A stretch of DNA of 64,000 nt from a virus, in IMG/VR virus record IMGVR_UViG_3300050013_000165, positions 1-64,000 of that record; one strand, given 5' to 3'. Position numbers and translations under genes: made by a program. The notes under the pieces were generated by a model. The model did not search any database and was not told the origin of the DNA. It saw nothing but the letters and a program-made list of their open reading frames with translations. Each line of letters starts with the position of its first letter. Within the stretch, counting starts at the first letter, position 1. This document shows, in pieces, positions 1 through 9,705 of this stretch.

Positions 1-294
1 GAAGGCTTATTTCCATGCCCCCATTATCCCAAATGGGTGTATCAATTCAGCCGTCCATATAGGGAATTACAGCGATGTCATTTAACCAAAACAACCCCGC
101 TGGGTCCGCTAAGTGGGGCATCACCAATCGAAAAGAAGACTAAAGAAAAGGCGCATCACAAAGACGCTTGGGTATGGCAAGTTACAACCCAAAACGACGT
201 TGTGCCTTTGTTGAAGCTCCTTGCGCCTCTTATGATGTCGCGCAGACAAGCACGGATTTACGAAATTCTCGATTTGCTCGGGGAGGCACACTAA
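1..294 (+). CDS. LAGLIDADG-like homing endonuclease, 5' partial and possibly degraded
   Basis: C-terminal HHKDAWVWQV...LLKLLAPLMMSRRQARI pattern resembles single-motif phage LAGLIDADG proteins; start lies outside the window. Confidence 0.5.
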   Translation, partial: EGLFPCPHYPKWVYQFSRPYRELQRCHLTKTTPLGPLSGASPIEKKTKEKAHHKDAWVWQVTTQNDVVPLLKLLAPLMMSRRQARIYEILDLLGEAH

Positions 295-836
295 TGGCGG
301 GATCAAATACGGGAGGAACGTCCTTCCAATCGATCATGTACAACCCGCCGATGCCCATCAATCCTGGTGCAATCGTCGGTTCGATGCCTCCCCAGCCGTG
401 GGTGCGTTCGGTGCTCGATGCGCGCCGAATGATGTACAACCGGACCCCGGAAAGCGAGTATCCGAGCGGATTCCTCGGCACGATTACCGACCGTCGCGGG
501 GATCGAGTTCTCGACTCCCTGAAGGCTCGGGTCAATCAACGGAGCTATCAACGAGGAGTCCACCTCGGGGAGCGCATTGACCCCGGCGACTATCTCTGGC
601 CGGAAGAGTACGACCCAATGGACGGGCTCATTAGAGAGGCCACCACCGGGCTGCGCTATGCGCCCAAGTTGGAGTTCTTCCAGCCGACGCCGTCAATTGA
701 GGGCAAGCTCGCTCCACGGGGCTCTGAGTCGGTTCTCACTATCGATCAGCACCGTGCCTCGCAACTCGCCATGCTCCGGCCGAAGGCGAACCTGCCGTCG
801 CGCCGTGAAGCTAACCAGCGGATGATCGCAGCATGA
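294..836 (+). CDS. conserved phage hypothetical protein
   Basis: ATG overlaps upstream TAA; RVNQRSYQRGVHLGERIDPGDYLWP motif recalled from actinobacterial myoviruses. Confidence 0.7.
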   Translation: MAGSNTGGTSFQSIMYNPPMPINPGAIVGSMPPQPWVRSVLDARRMMYNRTPESEYPSGFLGTITDRRGDRVLDSLKARVNQRSYQRGVHLGERIDPGDYLWPEEYDPMDGLIREATTGLRYAPKLEFFQPTPSIEGKLAPRGSESVLTIDQHRASQLAMLRPKANLPSRREANQRMIAA

Positions 837-894
837 ACGAGGGCACCAACACCGGGTCATTTGAGCCCAGTTATACGCTCACGTATTCGAACAT

Positions 895-1173
895 TTGGCC
901 GAACGATCCAAATCCGCCGATGGCGTCGATTTTCGCTTTTCCCGAACAGCCCCTGAGCCCAAGGGACCCACTGGCAGCAGCGGTCGCTCCCTAATGGCGT
1001 TCATTACGGGGCAAGGTGGATCAGCCCCAGTGAGTGCACCCGGTTATGACGAGCCCCCACGCTCGACCGGTAATCGCATGTTCACTGACTACTCGCCAAA
1101 TGACGACACTCGGTATCGTGTCTTCAAGGACAGAAGGGTGATCTCAAATGGGCTTCCAACAAGGCGAAAGTGA
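895..1173 (+). CDS. hypothetical protein
   Basis: ORF in co-directional run; start uncertain. Confidence 0.4.
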   Translation: MAERSKSADGVDFRFSRTAPEPKGPTGSSGRSLMAFITGQGGSAPVSAPGYDEPPRSTGNRMFTDYSPNDDTRYRVFKDRRVISNGLPTRRK

Positions 1174-1408
1174 AGGACTGGCAACACCTCGAAGCGGAGG
1201 TGACGCAGACGCCGACGATCAGTCGGCGATGGCGCTTGTCCGGCTCGAAGGCGACAATCGCCCGTGGAAGCTTGAAGCATGGTCGAAGAGCCCCGATCAA
1301 TTGCGTGAGGAAGCCAAGGCGATGAACGCCGCAGGCTTCAGCGGTGTCGTTGCGGCATCAACTCGCCATTCTGATTCTCCGGCATCGGCTGCGCTCAGGA
1401 ACTTCTAA
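1148..1408 (+). CDS. hypothetical protein
   Basis: Stop overlaps next ATG (TAATG); start uncertain. Confidence 0.45.
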   Translation: MGFQQGESEGLATPRSGGDADADDQSAMALVRLEGDNRPWKLEAWSKSPDQLREEAKAMNAAGFSGVVAASTRHSDSPASAALRNF

Positions 1409-1608
1409 TGGCGTCGTGGACAAGCGACGACGGGGTCAACGTCCTACCGAAAGGTGAGGAGCTTGATCGTGCGCTTGCCGAGAATCAATCAGTCCGACAC
1501 ACGAACGGTGAGCACTATTTGAGCCGTCGAGACGATTGTCCCAACTGCAATGCTGCCGTTGAAGCAATGACTCCAAAATTGTTTCGGGATCGAAGGGGAA
1601 CTCGGTAA
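1408..1608 (+). CDS. small hypothetical protein with CxxC
   Basis: TAATG coupling at both ends; H...CPNC. Confidence 0.6.
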   Translation: MASWTSDDGVNVLPKGEELDRALAENQSVRHTNGEHYLSRRDDCPNCNAAVEAMTPKLFRDRRGTR

Positions 1609-1961
1609 TGCTTCCAACCCAAGAGTTCAGCGAGAACGTCGGTCCTCCTTGGACCCCGCCTGTTTGGACGGAAGGACCTGACGGTCTAATCGCACAAGCG
1701 AAGTCCGATTTGTTCCAGACCGACGCCGACATCGGACGCATTCTGTCGGCGAACGAGGCAGCCATGTCCGGCACCAAGCAAGCTCCTCAAAACGAAAGCG
1801 ACCAAGTCATTCCTGCCGATGCCAGCTCGAACAACAGCCGTAGTGAATTTTGGCAGAGCACGCTCAACGAGCTTCGCAAGACTGCTCCACTGGCGGGGAT
1901 GGACAACCCCAACAAACCAGGCGGTCCTGAAGCGACGCCGACACCAAACCCAAATGCGTAA
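1608..1961 (+). CDS. hypothetical protein
   Basis: TAATG-coupled ORF. Confidence 0.6.
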   Translation: MLPTQEFSENVGPPWTPPVWTEGPDGLIAQAKSDLFQTDADIGRILSANEAAMSGTKQAPQNESDQVIPADASSNNSRSEFWQSTLNELRKTAPLAGMDNPNKPGGPEATPTPNPNA

Positions 1962-2442
1962 TTACACTCCTCGGAGCACGGTTCCATTTGACGAACGGAA
2001 GGTAAAAGTCTGTCCACGGTGTAATCGACGACGCCTTCGTAAAAGCTGGAACATTCGAAAGGATGGGTCCTTCACTTCGTATTGCAAATTTTGCGAGAGA
2101 AAGCGAGTTGGACCTCTCGTCAAGAAATACGATGAACGTGATCGAGTTCGGCTTCGAGCCACATCGCTGAAGAGACATCACGGCATTACATTCGAAGAGT
2201 ACGAGGCTTTGCTTGCAGAGCAGGATGGCAAATGTGCCATCTGTGGGTCAGAGGGTGAATTTCCAAAGGAGATTGGAAAGCCTCTACTAGATACTCACCA
2301 ATTGGTGGTTGATCACAATCACGTCACCGGCAAAATTCGTGGCCTGTTGTGCTGGCGTTGCAACCTCGGGCTTGGTCACTTGCAGGACAATTTGTCCACT
2401 CTGCGGAGTGCAGTTGAGTACTTGGAGAAGTCCGATTCGTAA
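1954..2442 (+). CDS. endonuclease VII-family homing endonuclease
   Basis: HGITFEEYEALLAEQDGKCAIC...VDHNHVTGKIRGLLCWRCNLGLG; N-terminal CxxC pairs. Confidence 0.9.
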   Translation: MRNYTPRSTVPFDERKVKVCPRCNRRRLRKSWNIRKDGSFTSYCKFCERKRVGPLVKKYDERDRVRLRATSLKRHHGITFEEYEALLAEQDGKCAICGSEGEFPKEIGKPLLDTHQLVVDHNHVTGKIRGLLCWRCNLGLGHLQDNLSTLRSAVEYLEKSDS

Positions 2443-2464
2443 GCGCGCCTACAATGCCGACACG

Positions 2465-2758
2465 ATGGCCGAAGGAATTCGACACATCAGCACGCTTCGA
2501 TCTCAAATGATCGACAGTGGCGCAATCACGCCGACACTGCCTGGTGCAAATGCTCCGGCGTCGGCCGAGCAAATTGAACAGCTCGAAGGTCACTGCGTGA
2601 AGTGTCGAGACGCAGACAACAAGCCGACGAAGAAAACCTTCAACGTCGAGGGTCGAGAAACCATGAGGCAGGGACATACTCGGGCATTTGGAAAGTGTCC
2701 TGATTGTGGAACGAGCATGAGCACCTTCGAAAAGAAGCAGGTAGCAAATGCCGCGTAG
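2465..2758 (+). CDS. zinc-ribbon protein (DUF5679-like)
   Basis: CVKCR...GKCPDCGTSMSTF. Confidence 0.65.
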   Translation: MAEGIRHISTLRSQMIDSGAITPTLPGANAPASAEQIEQLEGHCVKCRDADNKPTKKTFNVEGRETMRQGHTRAFGKCPDCGTSMSTFEKKQVANAA

Positions 2759-3689
2759 CAATTACGAAATGGACAAAGACCTGTTTTCCGAAGAGAACAT
2801 GCCGGACGAAGACGAACAAGAGTACATGCGCAAGAAGATGACGGCTGCGAACTATCCGCACGCCGACGTGACGAACCCCGAGCAGTTTCGTCGTGTTGCT
2901 GCCCGAAACATTGCGAATATGCACGGAGTAACGACGCCCCAAGAACGCGAAGCTGGACGAACTTGGTATCCGCAAGTTCACGACGCCGTTGCAAAAGGCA
3001 TTAGAGGATCGAGCCTCACACATCTCGCCGGTTCAGGTCTCGTTGCGGCAGTGAGCCCCAACATGGACTGGGAGACCAACAACATCCATGCGTTCCGAGA
3101 GCTGACGGGGTTGAAGTCAGAGCAGTGGGATGCCATTCACCGATCTGCGGAATCAAGCGGTGGTCCGACGCACATCCGCAGTGCTGAAGCTCAACACGCA
3201 TTGCGAGGGCTCTCGATTTCAGCAGCGCCGGATCACGGCTTGGTAAAGGCGCATCGAATTCTGCAAGGTGAAGACCCGAACGAAGTTCTGCGTCGGCAAA
3301 ACTCTCCAAAAACGAACTCGTTCATGTCGAACATTCACGATCCCGAGGGGTCGCCTCACGTCACCGTTGATAGTCGAGCGCACGACATAGCGAACAACAA
3401 GATGTATCCGTGGACCTACAGCGGTCGGGGAATTACGAGTGCTGATTTGCCGTCATCGCATCGCATCTTGAAGTCGGGGCTGCCAGCCAAGAGCTTTGGG
3501 CAAAAGACTCGCTACGAGCATTTCGAAGACGCCTATCGAGACGCAGCAGAAGCTGTTGGGGAGCACCCGACAGCGATGCAGGCGATTACGTGGCTTGGCG
3601 GGAAACGGGTTGAGCGCTCTGGTCTGACTAAGTCGGGTCAGCCGCGGAAGCAAGGTCCGGCTCGTCACGGCCAGCCATATGAGATTTGA
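2748..3689 (+). CDS. DUF7178-like protein, possible DNA glycosylase-like helical fold
   Basis: WY...AAVSPNMDWETN...KTNSFMSNI...VTVDSRA...YRDAA...QAITW pattern. Confidence 0.6.
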   Translation: MPRSNYEMDKDLFSEENMPDEDEQEYMRKKMTAANYPHADVTNPEQFRRVAARNIANMHGVTTPQEREAGRTWYPQVHDAVAKGIRGSSLTHLAGSGLVAAVSPNMDWETNNIHAFRELTGLKSEQWDAIHRSAESSGGPTHIRSAEAQHALRGLSISAAPDHGLVKAHRILQGEDPNEVLRRQNSPKTNSFMSNIHDPEGSPHVTVDSRAHDIANNKMYPWTYSGRGITSADLPSSHRILKSGLPAKSFGQKTRYEHFEDAYRDAAEAVGEHPTAMQAITWLGGKRVERSGLTKSGQPRKQGPARHGQPYEI

Positions 3690-3873
3690 TTGCCTTCAGG
3701 CGCTCCCAAATCTCGTTTTCGGCACGGATGGCGTTGGAGATGTGGCTGTCGTCTGAATAGACGCTCGTGAGGCTTTCGAACGTCTCATAGAAGAAGGCGA
3801 AGTCCGTTTTGGAGATGCAGACGACGTCGTGGTATTCACCGCTCTCGTCTTCGACAACCATAATTTTCTCCAT
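3628..3873 (-). CDS. hypothetical protein (solitary antisense gene)
   Basis: Fills the gap between + strand genes; plausible composition. Confidence 0.45.
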   Translation of the reverse strand: MEKIMVVEDESGEYHDVVCISKTDFAFFYETFESLTSVYSDDSHISNAIRAENEIWERLKAIKSHMAGRDEPDLASAADPT

Positions 3874-3918
3874 GAACTGATTATAGGGCTCGGGTGTCTC
3901 AGCGGTACGATTCCGATC

Positions 3919-4272
3919 ATGTTGGTGCGCCCTTTTGATCAGCCGTGGGAGACGAATTATCAGCGGCAGGCCGATGACGCATTTGCGCGAGCAAACGAGC
4001 TAACCGACGAACAGCTTCGAGACCTTGGGCCACCCCTCCCCCAAATCGTTTACCTTCCCCCTCGATTTGGTTACCCCCCCTATGCCGAGCGCCAGTGGAC
4101 CGTAATGGACGTCTTCGGCATTACAAGAACGTGGTCTGGTGCTATTCCTGGGTTCCCGAGACTGCACGGCAAGGATCGAGTTGATTTCAGTCGTTCGCAA
4201 TCGAGCGATCAAGGTTCCGAGCGCAACTCCAATTCAGGCGATCCGCTCGGCTTGGGTGGTGTCTCATGGTAG
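3919..4272 (+). CDS. conserved phage hypothetical protein
   Basis: ATG shortly after a TACGAT -10-like box; PPLPQIVYLPPRFGY. Confidence 0.6.
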   Translation: MLVRPFDQPWETNYQRQADDAFARANELTDEQLRDLGPPLPQIVYLPPRFGYPPYAERQWTVMDVFGITRTWSGAIPGFPRLHGKDRVDFSRSQSSDQGSERNSNSGDPLGLGGVSW

Positions 4273-4424
4273 CGAAGCACATCATTGGCGAACACATCAA
4301 TGTGTCGTGGGAACGCCTGTGGGCTGAAGTCGCCAAATGCGACGTTCGATGTGCTAATTGCCATCGGATCATTACTGAGGAGCGACACCAAAAGAAGACC
4401 CGACCTGTTAGGTCGGCGGCGTAA
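4266..4424 (+). pseudogene. C-terminal remnant of an HNH endonuclease (52 aa)
   Basis: Own translation MVAKHIIGEHINVSWERLWAEVAKCDVRCANCHRIIT...; N-terminal CxxC and DH motif are absent. Confidence 0.65.
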
Positions 4425-4434
4425 GTTGGTAGTC

Positions 4435-4713
4435 GTGGCCTTCCGTGATCTCTTACACCCCACCCAGTTCGCTAATAACGGGCCTGTTGAACAAGTGACG
4501 CCTCGTCACGCTCAACTGGGCTCGGCGTACTTTGGGACGACCCACCCGGCCGACAAGGCGCTCGGATTCTCTCGATATCTTTCTGAGCTTCACGACACGG
4601 CGTCGGGCAAGGCGGCAGCACCCACCAAGGCCACGCACAGCGTGGAAGAGGTGTCGTCGATCTTGCACCAAAGTCGCCAGCAGTCTCACATGATGGGAGG
4701 CCCACATGCCTAA
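4435..4713 (+). CDS. hypothetical His-rich protein
   Basis: GTG start; N-terminal LLHPTQF motif. Confidence 0.55.
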   Translation: MAFRDLLHPTQFANNGPVEQVTPRHAQLGSAYFGTTHPADKALGFSRYLSELHDTASGKAAAPTKATHSVEEVSSILHQSRQQSHMMGGPHA

Positions 4714-4969
4714 TGGTGGCGTGATCACCGCTGCTTCAGTCAACGGGAGCAATGGCGGCATGGAGGATCGCTCGGCGACGGGCCTTCAGTTCCAGCGATT
4801 TCAAATGGGCGTCAACGCCCGAGGAAGCACACTGGGGATCGGCCGTCGAAGCGCCGTCGATCCGAACGTGCTCTTTACTCACACGATGTCCGGCGCTCAA
4901 TTTGGCACCGGCACCAACCCTCGGTCAACGGCGGAAGCCTGGGACCAGAGTAATCAGGAGGAAGCGTAA
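4706..4969 (+). CDS. hypothetical protein
   Basis: Overlap-coupled ORF. Confidence 0.6.
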   Translation: MPNGGVITAASVNGSNGGMEDRSATGLQFQRFQMGVNARGSTLGIGRRSAVDPNVLFTHTMSGAQFGTGTNPRSTAEAWDQSNQEEA

Positions 4970-5181
4970 TGGTCGCCCGTAATCAACGGAACCTCACCGA
5001 GGAACTTCTCGAAGGAGCAACGGACGGGGCGCTGAAGAAGCCCGCACCGAACTGGGGCAATCGTGTTGACGATGACACCGACTCGGCACGGGCTCTTCTC
5101 AGCGACGTCGAGGGCGGCTTTGACTGGGACTCAACGCACCCAGGCAACCGCCGTTACACACGCGGCTACGTCCGCTCCTAG
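4969..5181 (+). CDS. conserved phage hypothetical protein
   Basis: GGAGGA RBS, TAATG coupling, EGATDG motif. Confidence 0.65.
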   Translation: MVARNQRNLTEELLEGATDGALKKPAPNWGNRVDDDTDSARALLSDVEGGFDWDSTHPGNRRYTRGYVRS

Positions 5182-5241
5182 ATCGCCCATCGGCGAATCA
5201 GGGCAGTCGGCTGCCGCATCTCGCGTCAACAGACGGCTGCC

Positions 5242-5673
5242 CTACTTTTTCGTTGGTTGCCAAATCACCTTCTTGATTTCAGCGAGCGGTATCGGCTTGC
5301 CTTGATTGAAAGCCCGAGTGAGTGCGCCCTTCTTTCGTACAGCGAGTTTGGCTATTGCTCGTTTGTGCTCGGCGATCTCCGCATCAATCTCGTCGAGAAT
5401 TTCCCGGTCTCGGGATGCAAGCTCTTTCACGACACTGTTGACGCTGGTTTGAGCTAGTGGGATGTACCGACTGTTCCCAGTTCCGCACCGAATTGAAATC
5501 CGTGTTTTGTCGTAATGGTCGTGTTCGACAAATCGAAACATCGTGTCAGTGCGAGCACCCTTTACTGGCCGGGTCACGGAGAGATAGAAGGCTCTTAATT
5601 CGCCGTCTTGATAGACACGGTACTTACCGTTCAATAGATATTTTGGTTGCATCGTCAGGTTCCTTTCGGTCAA
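5242..5673 (-). CDS. hypothetical protein with coiled-coil C-terminus
   Basis: 143-aa antisense ORF; true start uncertain. Confidence 0.55.
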   Translation of the reverse strand: MTERNLTMQPKYLLNGKYRVYQDGELRAFYLSVTRPVKGARTDTMFRFVEHDHYDKTRISIRCGTGNSRYIPLAQTSVNSVVKELASRDREILDEIDAEIAEHKRAIAKLAVRKKGALTRAFNQGKPIPLAEIKKVIWQPTKK

Positions 5674-5849
5674 TCAATTTGATTTGACAATGCAATTTTA
5701 CTCTTCTCGGTTTTGCGCTCTCCGATTAGAAACCGACTTTGCTGGGATTACGCGAACGACTAAAAACTGAAGGTGCTGGTAGATGAAAAGTTCAAATTTC
5801 TGCTTGACAAGGTTTTGGCACATTTCATGAGAAAGGGTTTGATGAGCCG

Positions 5850-6359
5850 ATGAGACTGCTTTTGTGTCGTGTTTGCAAGACACTGGAAGAGCTTCCCGAT
5901 TACACCGGAGATGCCAACGACGACCGCACTTTGAACGAGTTGGTGCGACGTCACAATGTGCTCAGTCTTGAAGACCACCAGCGCGACGGCGTGGCAAGTC
6001 TTATGCACGTTGAGGATCGAGACTGGGAATTACACCGAGGGCCAATCCTCGACAAGATGAAGCAGAAGAGCGACGAGTTCGGCGGGTTCGGTGAACCTTG
6101 GATCAAGGATGCTCAGAACACGTACATGGAAGATGCCATGAAGTGTTACCGGCAACACGGACGACCTCAGGAAGGTTGCACCGACTGGTGGTCAGAATCG
6201 AAGCGCATTGGACGTCCGACCGCTGAAGGGCGTGCTGTTGTTGAGAGCAAAGACTTTCGAAAGCTCGGGCAACTCGACCCACATCTTTGTCAGTGGTGTC
6301 CGGTGGCGAGCTACGTTCGCACACAAGTCAACTTGAAGCGAGGAGCATATGACCGCTGA
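5850..6359 (+). CDS. conserved Cys/His-rich phage protein
   Basis: RLLLCRVCKTLEELPDY...EDAMKCYRQHGRP..C...HLCQWCP. Confidence 0.75.
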   Translation: MRLLLCRVCKTLEELPDYTGDANDDRTLNELVRRHNVLSLEDHQRDGVASLMHVEDRDWELHRGPILDKMKQKSDEFGGFGEPWIKDAQNTYMEDAMKCYRQHGRPQEGCTDWWSESKRIGRPTAEGRAVVESKDFRKLGQLDPHLCQWCPVASYVRTQVNLKRGAYDR

Positions 6360-6376
6360 CGCAATGCAGAGGAATC

Positions 6377-6838
6377 ATGGCCGGTAATGCAGCCGGTACG
6401 TTGATTCCGGTAGCCCATCGCTTGGGGTTAACAGTTGATGAGTACTTGGCTCACAAAGAAGCTGGCTTGAAATGGTGTTCGGGGTGCAAGGACTGGCATC
6501 CTACAGAAGACTTCTTTCGCGACAGGCGCAGAGCCGATGGGCTCGGACCAGAGTGTCGCCGCTTCAAGCGGTCGCACACCGCAACAAGGGTGAGAAGCAA
6601 ACGTGTTTATGACGCTCACAACGCAGTCAGGAGAGCGGTAGCGAAAGGAGTCTTACTGCCTCCGAACCTTCTTGCCTGTGTTGATTGCGGGCATGTATGG
6701 ATTGAGAACGAACGTCGTCATGAATACGACCATTACCTCGGTTACGACAAAGAAAACTGGCTCGATGTTCAATCGGTATGCACGACTTGTCACGCTGATC
6801 GAGAGAAAGTGAGAAGGAACAATGCTTCAATTTCCTGA
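6377..6838 (+). CDS. HNH-type homing endonuclease
   Basis: KWCSGC..., CVDCG...HEYDHYLGY...VCTTCH. Confidence 0.8.
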   Translation: MAGNAAGTLIPVAHRLGLTVDEYLAHKEAGLKWCSGCKDWHPTEDFFRDRRRADGLGPECRRFKRSHTATRVRSKRVYDAHNAVRRAVAKGVLLPPNLLACVDCGHVWIENERRHEYDHYLGYDKENWLDVQSVCTTCHADREKVRRNNASIS

Positions 6839-7403
6839 CATCACCGGTCTTCAGGTAATGCTGGCACCAGAGCAAGGTCAGCAAATCCACGACACGTTGC
6901 TCGCTCGCATTACAGCGCTCACCGCTGACTGGGCTCTCTATGCGATGAACTACTCGATCACCGATGCCGACGTGTTGAACGCCATGCAAGTGGTCTCGTT
7001 GGCTAATCCGGCGAGCCTGTCGGTGTTCGATGAGTCACAGTTCTTCGGCACGTATGAGAACCCACTCGTGCTCGCTTTCTGTCACGCAGTCCCAGCGGCA
7101 CAGTGGGGAATTGGTCCGGCACCAGATGGACGCGACATCGTTCACAACAAGACGTTCGCCGCTATCAATTCGAAGGAGGGTCTTGGGTGGGTCTTCACGG
7201 GCTCGTTCAACATCACGGCATCCGCACAGAAAGAGTGCAACAACGCTCTAATCATCGACAGCCATTCGATGGCGCTCTTCTATGCGGCCGAGACGCAGTC
7301 GCAGCTCTCTCGAATCCAGCACAACTACCCGACCCAACCACCAGTCGCACGGACGGCTGATTTGCTCGGTGCGCAGTTTGAGGGGATCGAGAGCGAGAGT
7401 TAG
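6822..7403 (+). CDS. phospholipase D superfamily (Nuc-like) nuclease
   Basis: Single HxK motif HNKTFAAIN followed by TGSFNIT..A...N. Confidence 0.8.
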   Translation: MLQFPDITGLQVMLAPEQGQQIHDTLLARITALTADWALYAMNYSITDADVLNAMQVVSLANPASLSVFDESQFFGTYENPLVLAFCHAVPAAQWGIGPAPDGRDIVHNKTFAAINSKEGLGWVFTGSFNITASAQKECNNALIIDSHSMALFYAAETQSQLSRIQHNYPTQPPVARTADLLGAQFEGIESES

Positions 7404-7441
7404 CGGTACAATGTTCTTGTCGTGGTAATTACCGTGGCATA

Positions 7442-7480
7442 AGAAACCCCCTCGGATTAACGCCGAGGGGTTTTCTCTTT
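7442..7480. terminator. intrinsic terminator, probably bidirectional
   Basis: AGAAACCCCCTCGG-7 nt-CCGAGGGGTTTTCT with A and T tracts on the flanks. Confidence 0.8.
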
Positions 7481-7773
7481 CTCTGGTTAAAAGCGCATGG
7501 GCGCTCCTTTCGTCAATACGTTGCGGTCCTGCTGTTGTCGCTCGATCCTCCGAGTGACGTTTCGAATTCGTCTTGCGTGACTTCCTTGCTGACGTAGCAG
7601 CCGTTCTTGGCGTCGTACTCGGAAAGCCGAATGAGCTGGCGAGTGGTGATTGCGTGCATGATTTTGTACCTCCTGGTTGCGGGTCCTTCGCCCGATGAGG
7701 CCAGTATAGGCATGGGGAATGCAATCTGCAACTACATTGCATTTGCCCAGGTAGATAGCCGAATCCGAAGAAC

Positions 7774-7803
7774 TTGCACGATGATACAGGTTGTGATTAC
7801 ACT
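7774..7803 (+). promoter_or_regulatory. putative SigA-type promoter for the helicase operon
   Basis: TTGCAC-18 nt-TACACT, then GGAGG RBS. Confidence 0.45.
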
Positions 7804-7834
7804 GTCTCGTAGGAACTGACTTGGAGGTCACGAA

Positions 7835-9487
7835 ATGGCACGCACTATTCCGAACAAGTACCCAGGCAAGTGCTGGGACTGCAAGAACGACGTAGGTGCC
7901 GGACTCGGTACTGCTACGCAACCGGAAGTAAAAGGTAACCCGTGGAAGTTGCAGTGTCGCGTGTGTGCAAGCGGGGAAGTCCCCACACCTGAAGTTGCGA
8001 CACCGACTGCGACTCGTCCGACGTTTCCTCTCACCGATGAGCAAATCGCTGCGGTCGCTTTGTTCGAAGAGGGCGAATCGATTGCAATTCAAGCGGGCGC
8101 AGGAACCGGAAAGACGAGCACACTTGTTGCGATTGCAAAGTCAACAAATCGTCTCGGTCAATACCTTGCGTTCAACAAGCCGATTGCGCTCGACGCTGCG
8201 ATCAAGTTCGCCGGAACGAATTGCTCGGCGGCAACGATTCACTCGGTTGCGCTTCGTCAAGTTCGATCTATCTACAACGCACGTCTGAAGGCTGCAAAGC
8301 CACAGCGCTCGTCTGAGATCGCTCGCTTTCTTGGGATCGACCCGTTCTTTTACACTGTGAACGAAGAAGACAAAGTCGTGCAGACGCACACGCTCGCCGG
8401 TTACGTCAAGCAGGCGATCACGAACTTCTGCAACTCAGCAGACAAGGCTCCTGGGCTTCGTCACATCGCCTACATCGACGGGCTCGACAAGCCAGGTGAG
8501 TACACCAACAACCGCAAGGTTGCACAGCACCTTCTTCCCTACATCCAAGCGGCGTGGTCGGACATCATCAAGAGCGATGGTTACCTTCGCTTCACGTACG
8601 ACCATTACCTGAAGATTTGGGAACTTGGTATCCACGGCGCACCGATCATCCCAGGCGACTACATCCTCTTCGATGAGGCGCAGGACGCTTCGCCAGTTTT
8701 CACCTCGGCCATCGAGCAGCAGGGCAAGCAAGTCGTCTACGTGGGCGATGCACAGCAGGCCATCTATGAGTGGCGTGGTGCGGTAAATGCCCTCGATAAC
8801 GTAAACGCCGACGCAACGACCTACCTCACGAACAGCTTCCGATTTGGTGAAGACATTGCAGCGATTGCGAACAAGGTTCTCGGTCACATTCCGAGCGCTG
8901 TTCTTCGTCTCGTTGGTCGCGGCGCTGCGGGCAAGGTTGACTTCTGCTCGACACCTGACGCCATCTTGACTCGCTCGAACGCCGGAGCCATCACGGTCGT
9001 GTTGGACTACCTCTCGAAGAACAAGCGAGTCCACCTTGTTGGTGGCGGCGGCGAGGTTGAGAGCTTCGCAAAGGCGGCAAAGGAGCTTCAGACCAAAGGC
9101 TCGACGACTCACCCCGAGCTGTCACTCTTCGACTCGTGGAGTGAAGTTCAGGATTACGCAGAGAACGACCCATCGGGTGGCGACCTTGCTCGCCTCGTGA
9201 AGCTCATTGACGACAACGGCGTCGAGAACGTCGTTCGTGCGGTGTCCAACACGGTTTCCGAAGAAGATGCCGACATCGTCGTCTCCACGGCGCACAAGTC
9301 CAAGGGTCGTGAGTGGGACAGCGTGAAGATCGCTGGTGACTTCTCTGAGGCTCGCACAGACGACGGAGAGCTTCGCTTGCTCTACGTGGCAGTTACACGA
9401 GCCCGCTTGCACCTCGACATCGAGTCGTGCGCCCCAGCCGTAGCAATTCGAGACGGCCGTTTCGGCCAGAAAGGAAGTCAATCATGA
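7835..9487 (+). CDS. UvrD/Rep-like superfamily 1 helicase with N-terminal Zn finger
   Basis: AGAGTGKT, FDEAQD, VGDAQQAIYEWRGA, STAHKSKGREW, LLYVAVTRA. Confidence 0.95.
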   Translation: MARTIPNKYPGKCWDCKNDVGAGLGTATQPEVKGNPWKLQCRVCASGEVPTPEVATPTATRPTFPLTDEQIAAVALFEEGESIAIQAGAGTGKTSTLVAIAKSTNRLGQYLAFNKPIALDAAIKFAGTNCSAATIHSVALRQVRSIYNARLKAAKPQRSSEIARFLGIDPFFYTVNEEDKVVQTHTLAGYVKQAITNFCNSADKAPGLRHIAYIDGLDKPGEYTNNRKVAQHLLPYIQAAWSDIIKSDGYLRFTYDHYLKIWELGIHGAPIIPGDYILFDEAQDASPVFTSAIEQQGKQVVYVGDAQQAIYEWRGAVNALDNVNADATTYLTNSFRFGEDIAAIANKVLGHIPSAVLRLVGRGAAGKVDFCSTPDAILTRSNAGAITVVLDYLSKNKRVHLVGGGGEVESFAKAAKELQTKGSTTHPELSLFDSWSEVQDYAENDPSGGDLARLVKLIDDNGVENVVRAVSNTVSEEDADIVVSTAHKSKGREWDSVKIAGDFSEARTDDGELRLLYVAVTRARLHLDIESCAPAVAIRDGRFGQKGSQS

Positions 9488-9705
9488 GCAACCTCAACAA
9501 CCTTCATATCCACGATTACTCGACTGGCGAACTGCCAGAGAGTGACGACCCGCAATGGGACACAAAGCAGCTTCAAGAGGAGTTTGAAGTTCTCGGGTTC
9601 TCTGCTCCATTTGTTGTCGTCCGGCGCAAAGCAGACGGCAAGAAAGGCCTCATGCAGTTCAATCACTCGCCTCGTGTCTATTTTGGATTCGAGCCCGAGT
9701 CATGA
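9484..9705 (+). CDS. conserved phage hypothetical protein
   Basis: WDTKQLQEEFEVLGFSAPFVVVRRKADG...HSPRVYF; ATGA coupling. Confidence 0.7.
   Translation: MSNLNNLHIHDYSTGELPESDDPQWDTKQLQEEFEVLGFSAPFVVVRRKADGKKGLMQFNHSPRVYFGFEPES

Noticed and set aside
1954-2442. EndoVII genes as Holliday junction resolvases
   Set aside because: Five divergent copies with N-terminal Zn modules in insertion-like positions fit mobile endonucleases better
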